From positions 1 to 14,274 of the forward strand of contig JAYVCD010000345.1 of the NCBI GenBank assembly GCA_043750125.1: a stretch of DNA of 14,274 nucleotides, written 5' to 3'. Of this stretch, positions 14,167 through 14,274 are shown one piece after another; positions within the stretch are counted from its first letter, which is position 1; each line of letters starts with the position of its first letter. A model generated the notes under the pieces. The model made no database searches and was not told where the DNA came from. It was given only the letters and a program-made list of their open reading frames with translations. This DNA is from Archangiaceae bacterium. Lineage in GTDB: Bacteria; Myxococcota; Myxococcia; Myxococcales; Myxococcaceae. The position numbers and the translations under genes are program-made.

Positions 14167-14274
14167 GGTCAGATTCCAGGGGTCGGGATCTCATCCTGAG
14201 CGGAGTCGTTGTGCGGGTGTGACCATCTGAGGCAAGAGGGTCGCGGGAGGAGCCCGCGATGCCGAAGAGGAAGA
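14167..14274 (+). mobile_element. Possible left end of an insertion sequence with start of a transposase-like ORF (MPKRK..., 14259 to window end)
   Basis: Composition shifts back to GC-rich near GGTCAGATTCCAGGGG. A GGAGG SD and the A of the ATG lie within a hairpin (14241-14259), the upstream ORF looks interrupted, and the window ends here. Family not identified. Confidence 0.4.

Noticed and set aside
1-14274. Composite transposon bounded by the two terminal elements
   Set aside because: The two ends share no evident sequence similarity; independent IS copies causing contig breaks are simpler.

Overview
High-GC window with typical myxobacterial (Myxococcota-like) gene content, probably a whole contig broken at mobile elements. 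The left edge carries an IS21-type terminus and the right edge a probable different IS end. Bases 97-2179 are a mosaic of gene fragments: a TSP3/MYXO-CTERM-like tail, a VOC/glyoxalase gene split with its C-terminus inverted, an EEP nuclease piece, a TonB C-terminus and a decayed SDR. One intact Cys-rich lipoprotein gene sits among them. The intact core has an ABC-2-type exporter pair divergent from a co-oriented run: DUF1592/1588 CxxCH lipoprotein, DUF1552 Tat protein, membrane Ser/Thr kinase, TSP3 lipoprotein and TPR membrane protein. That run converges on an FHA-domain sigma54 activator and is preceded by a near-consensus sigma54 -24/-12 promoter with a perfect IHF site, suggesting a self-contained phospho-signalling circuit controlling the uncharacterised DUF1592/DUF1552 pair. 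A secreted Lys/Ala-rich protein, a phytochelatin-synthase-family gene and a lower-GC, probably 5'-truncated ORF complete the window. All family calls are by motif recognition; no searches were run.
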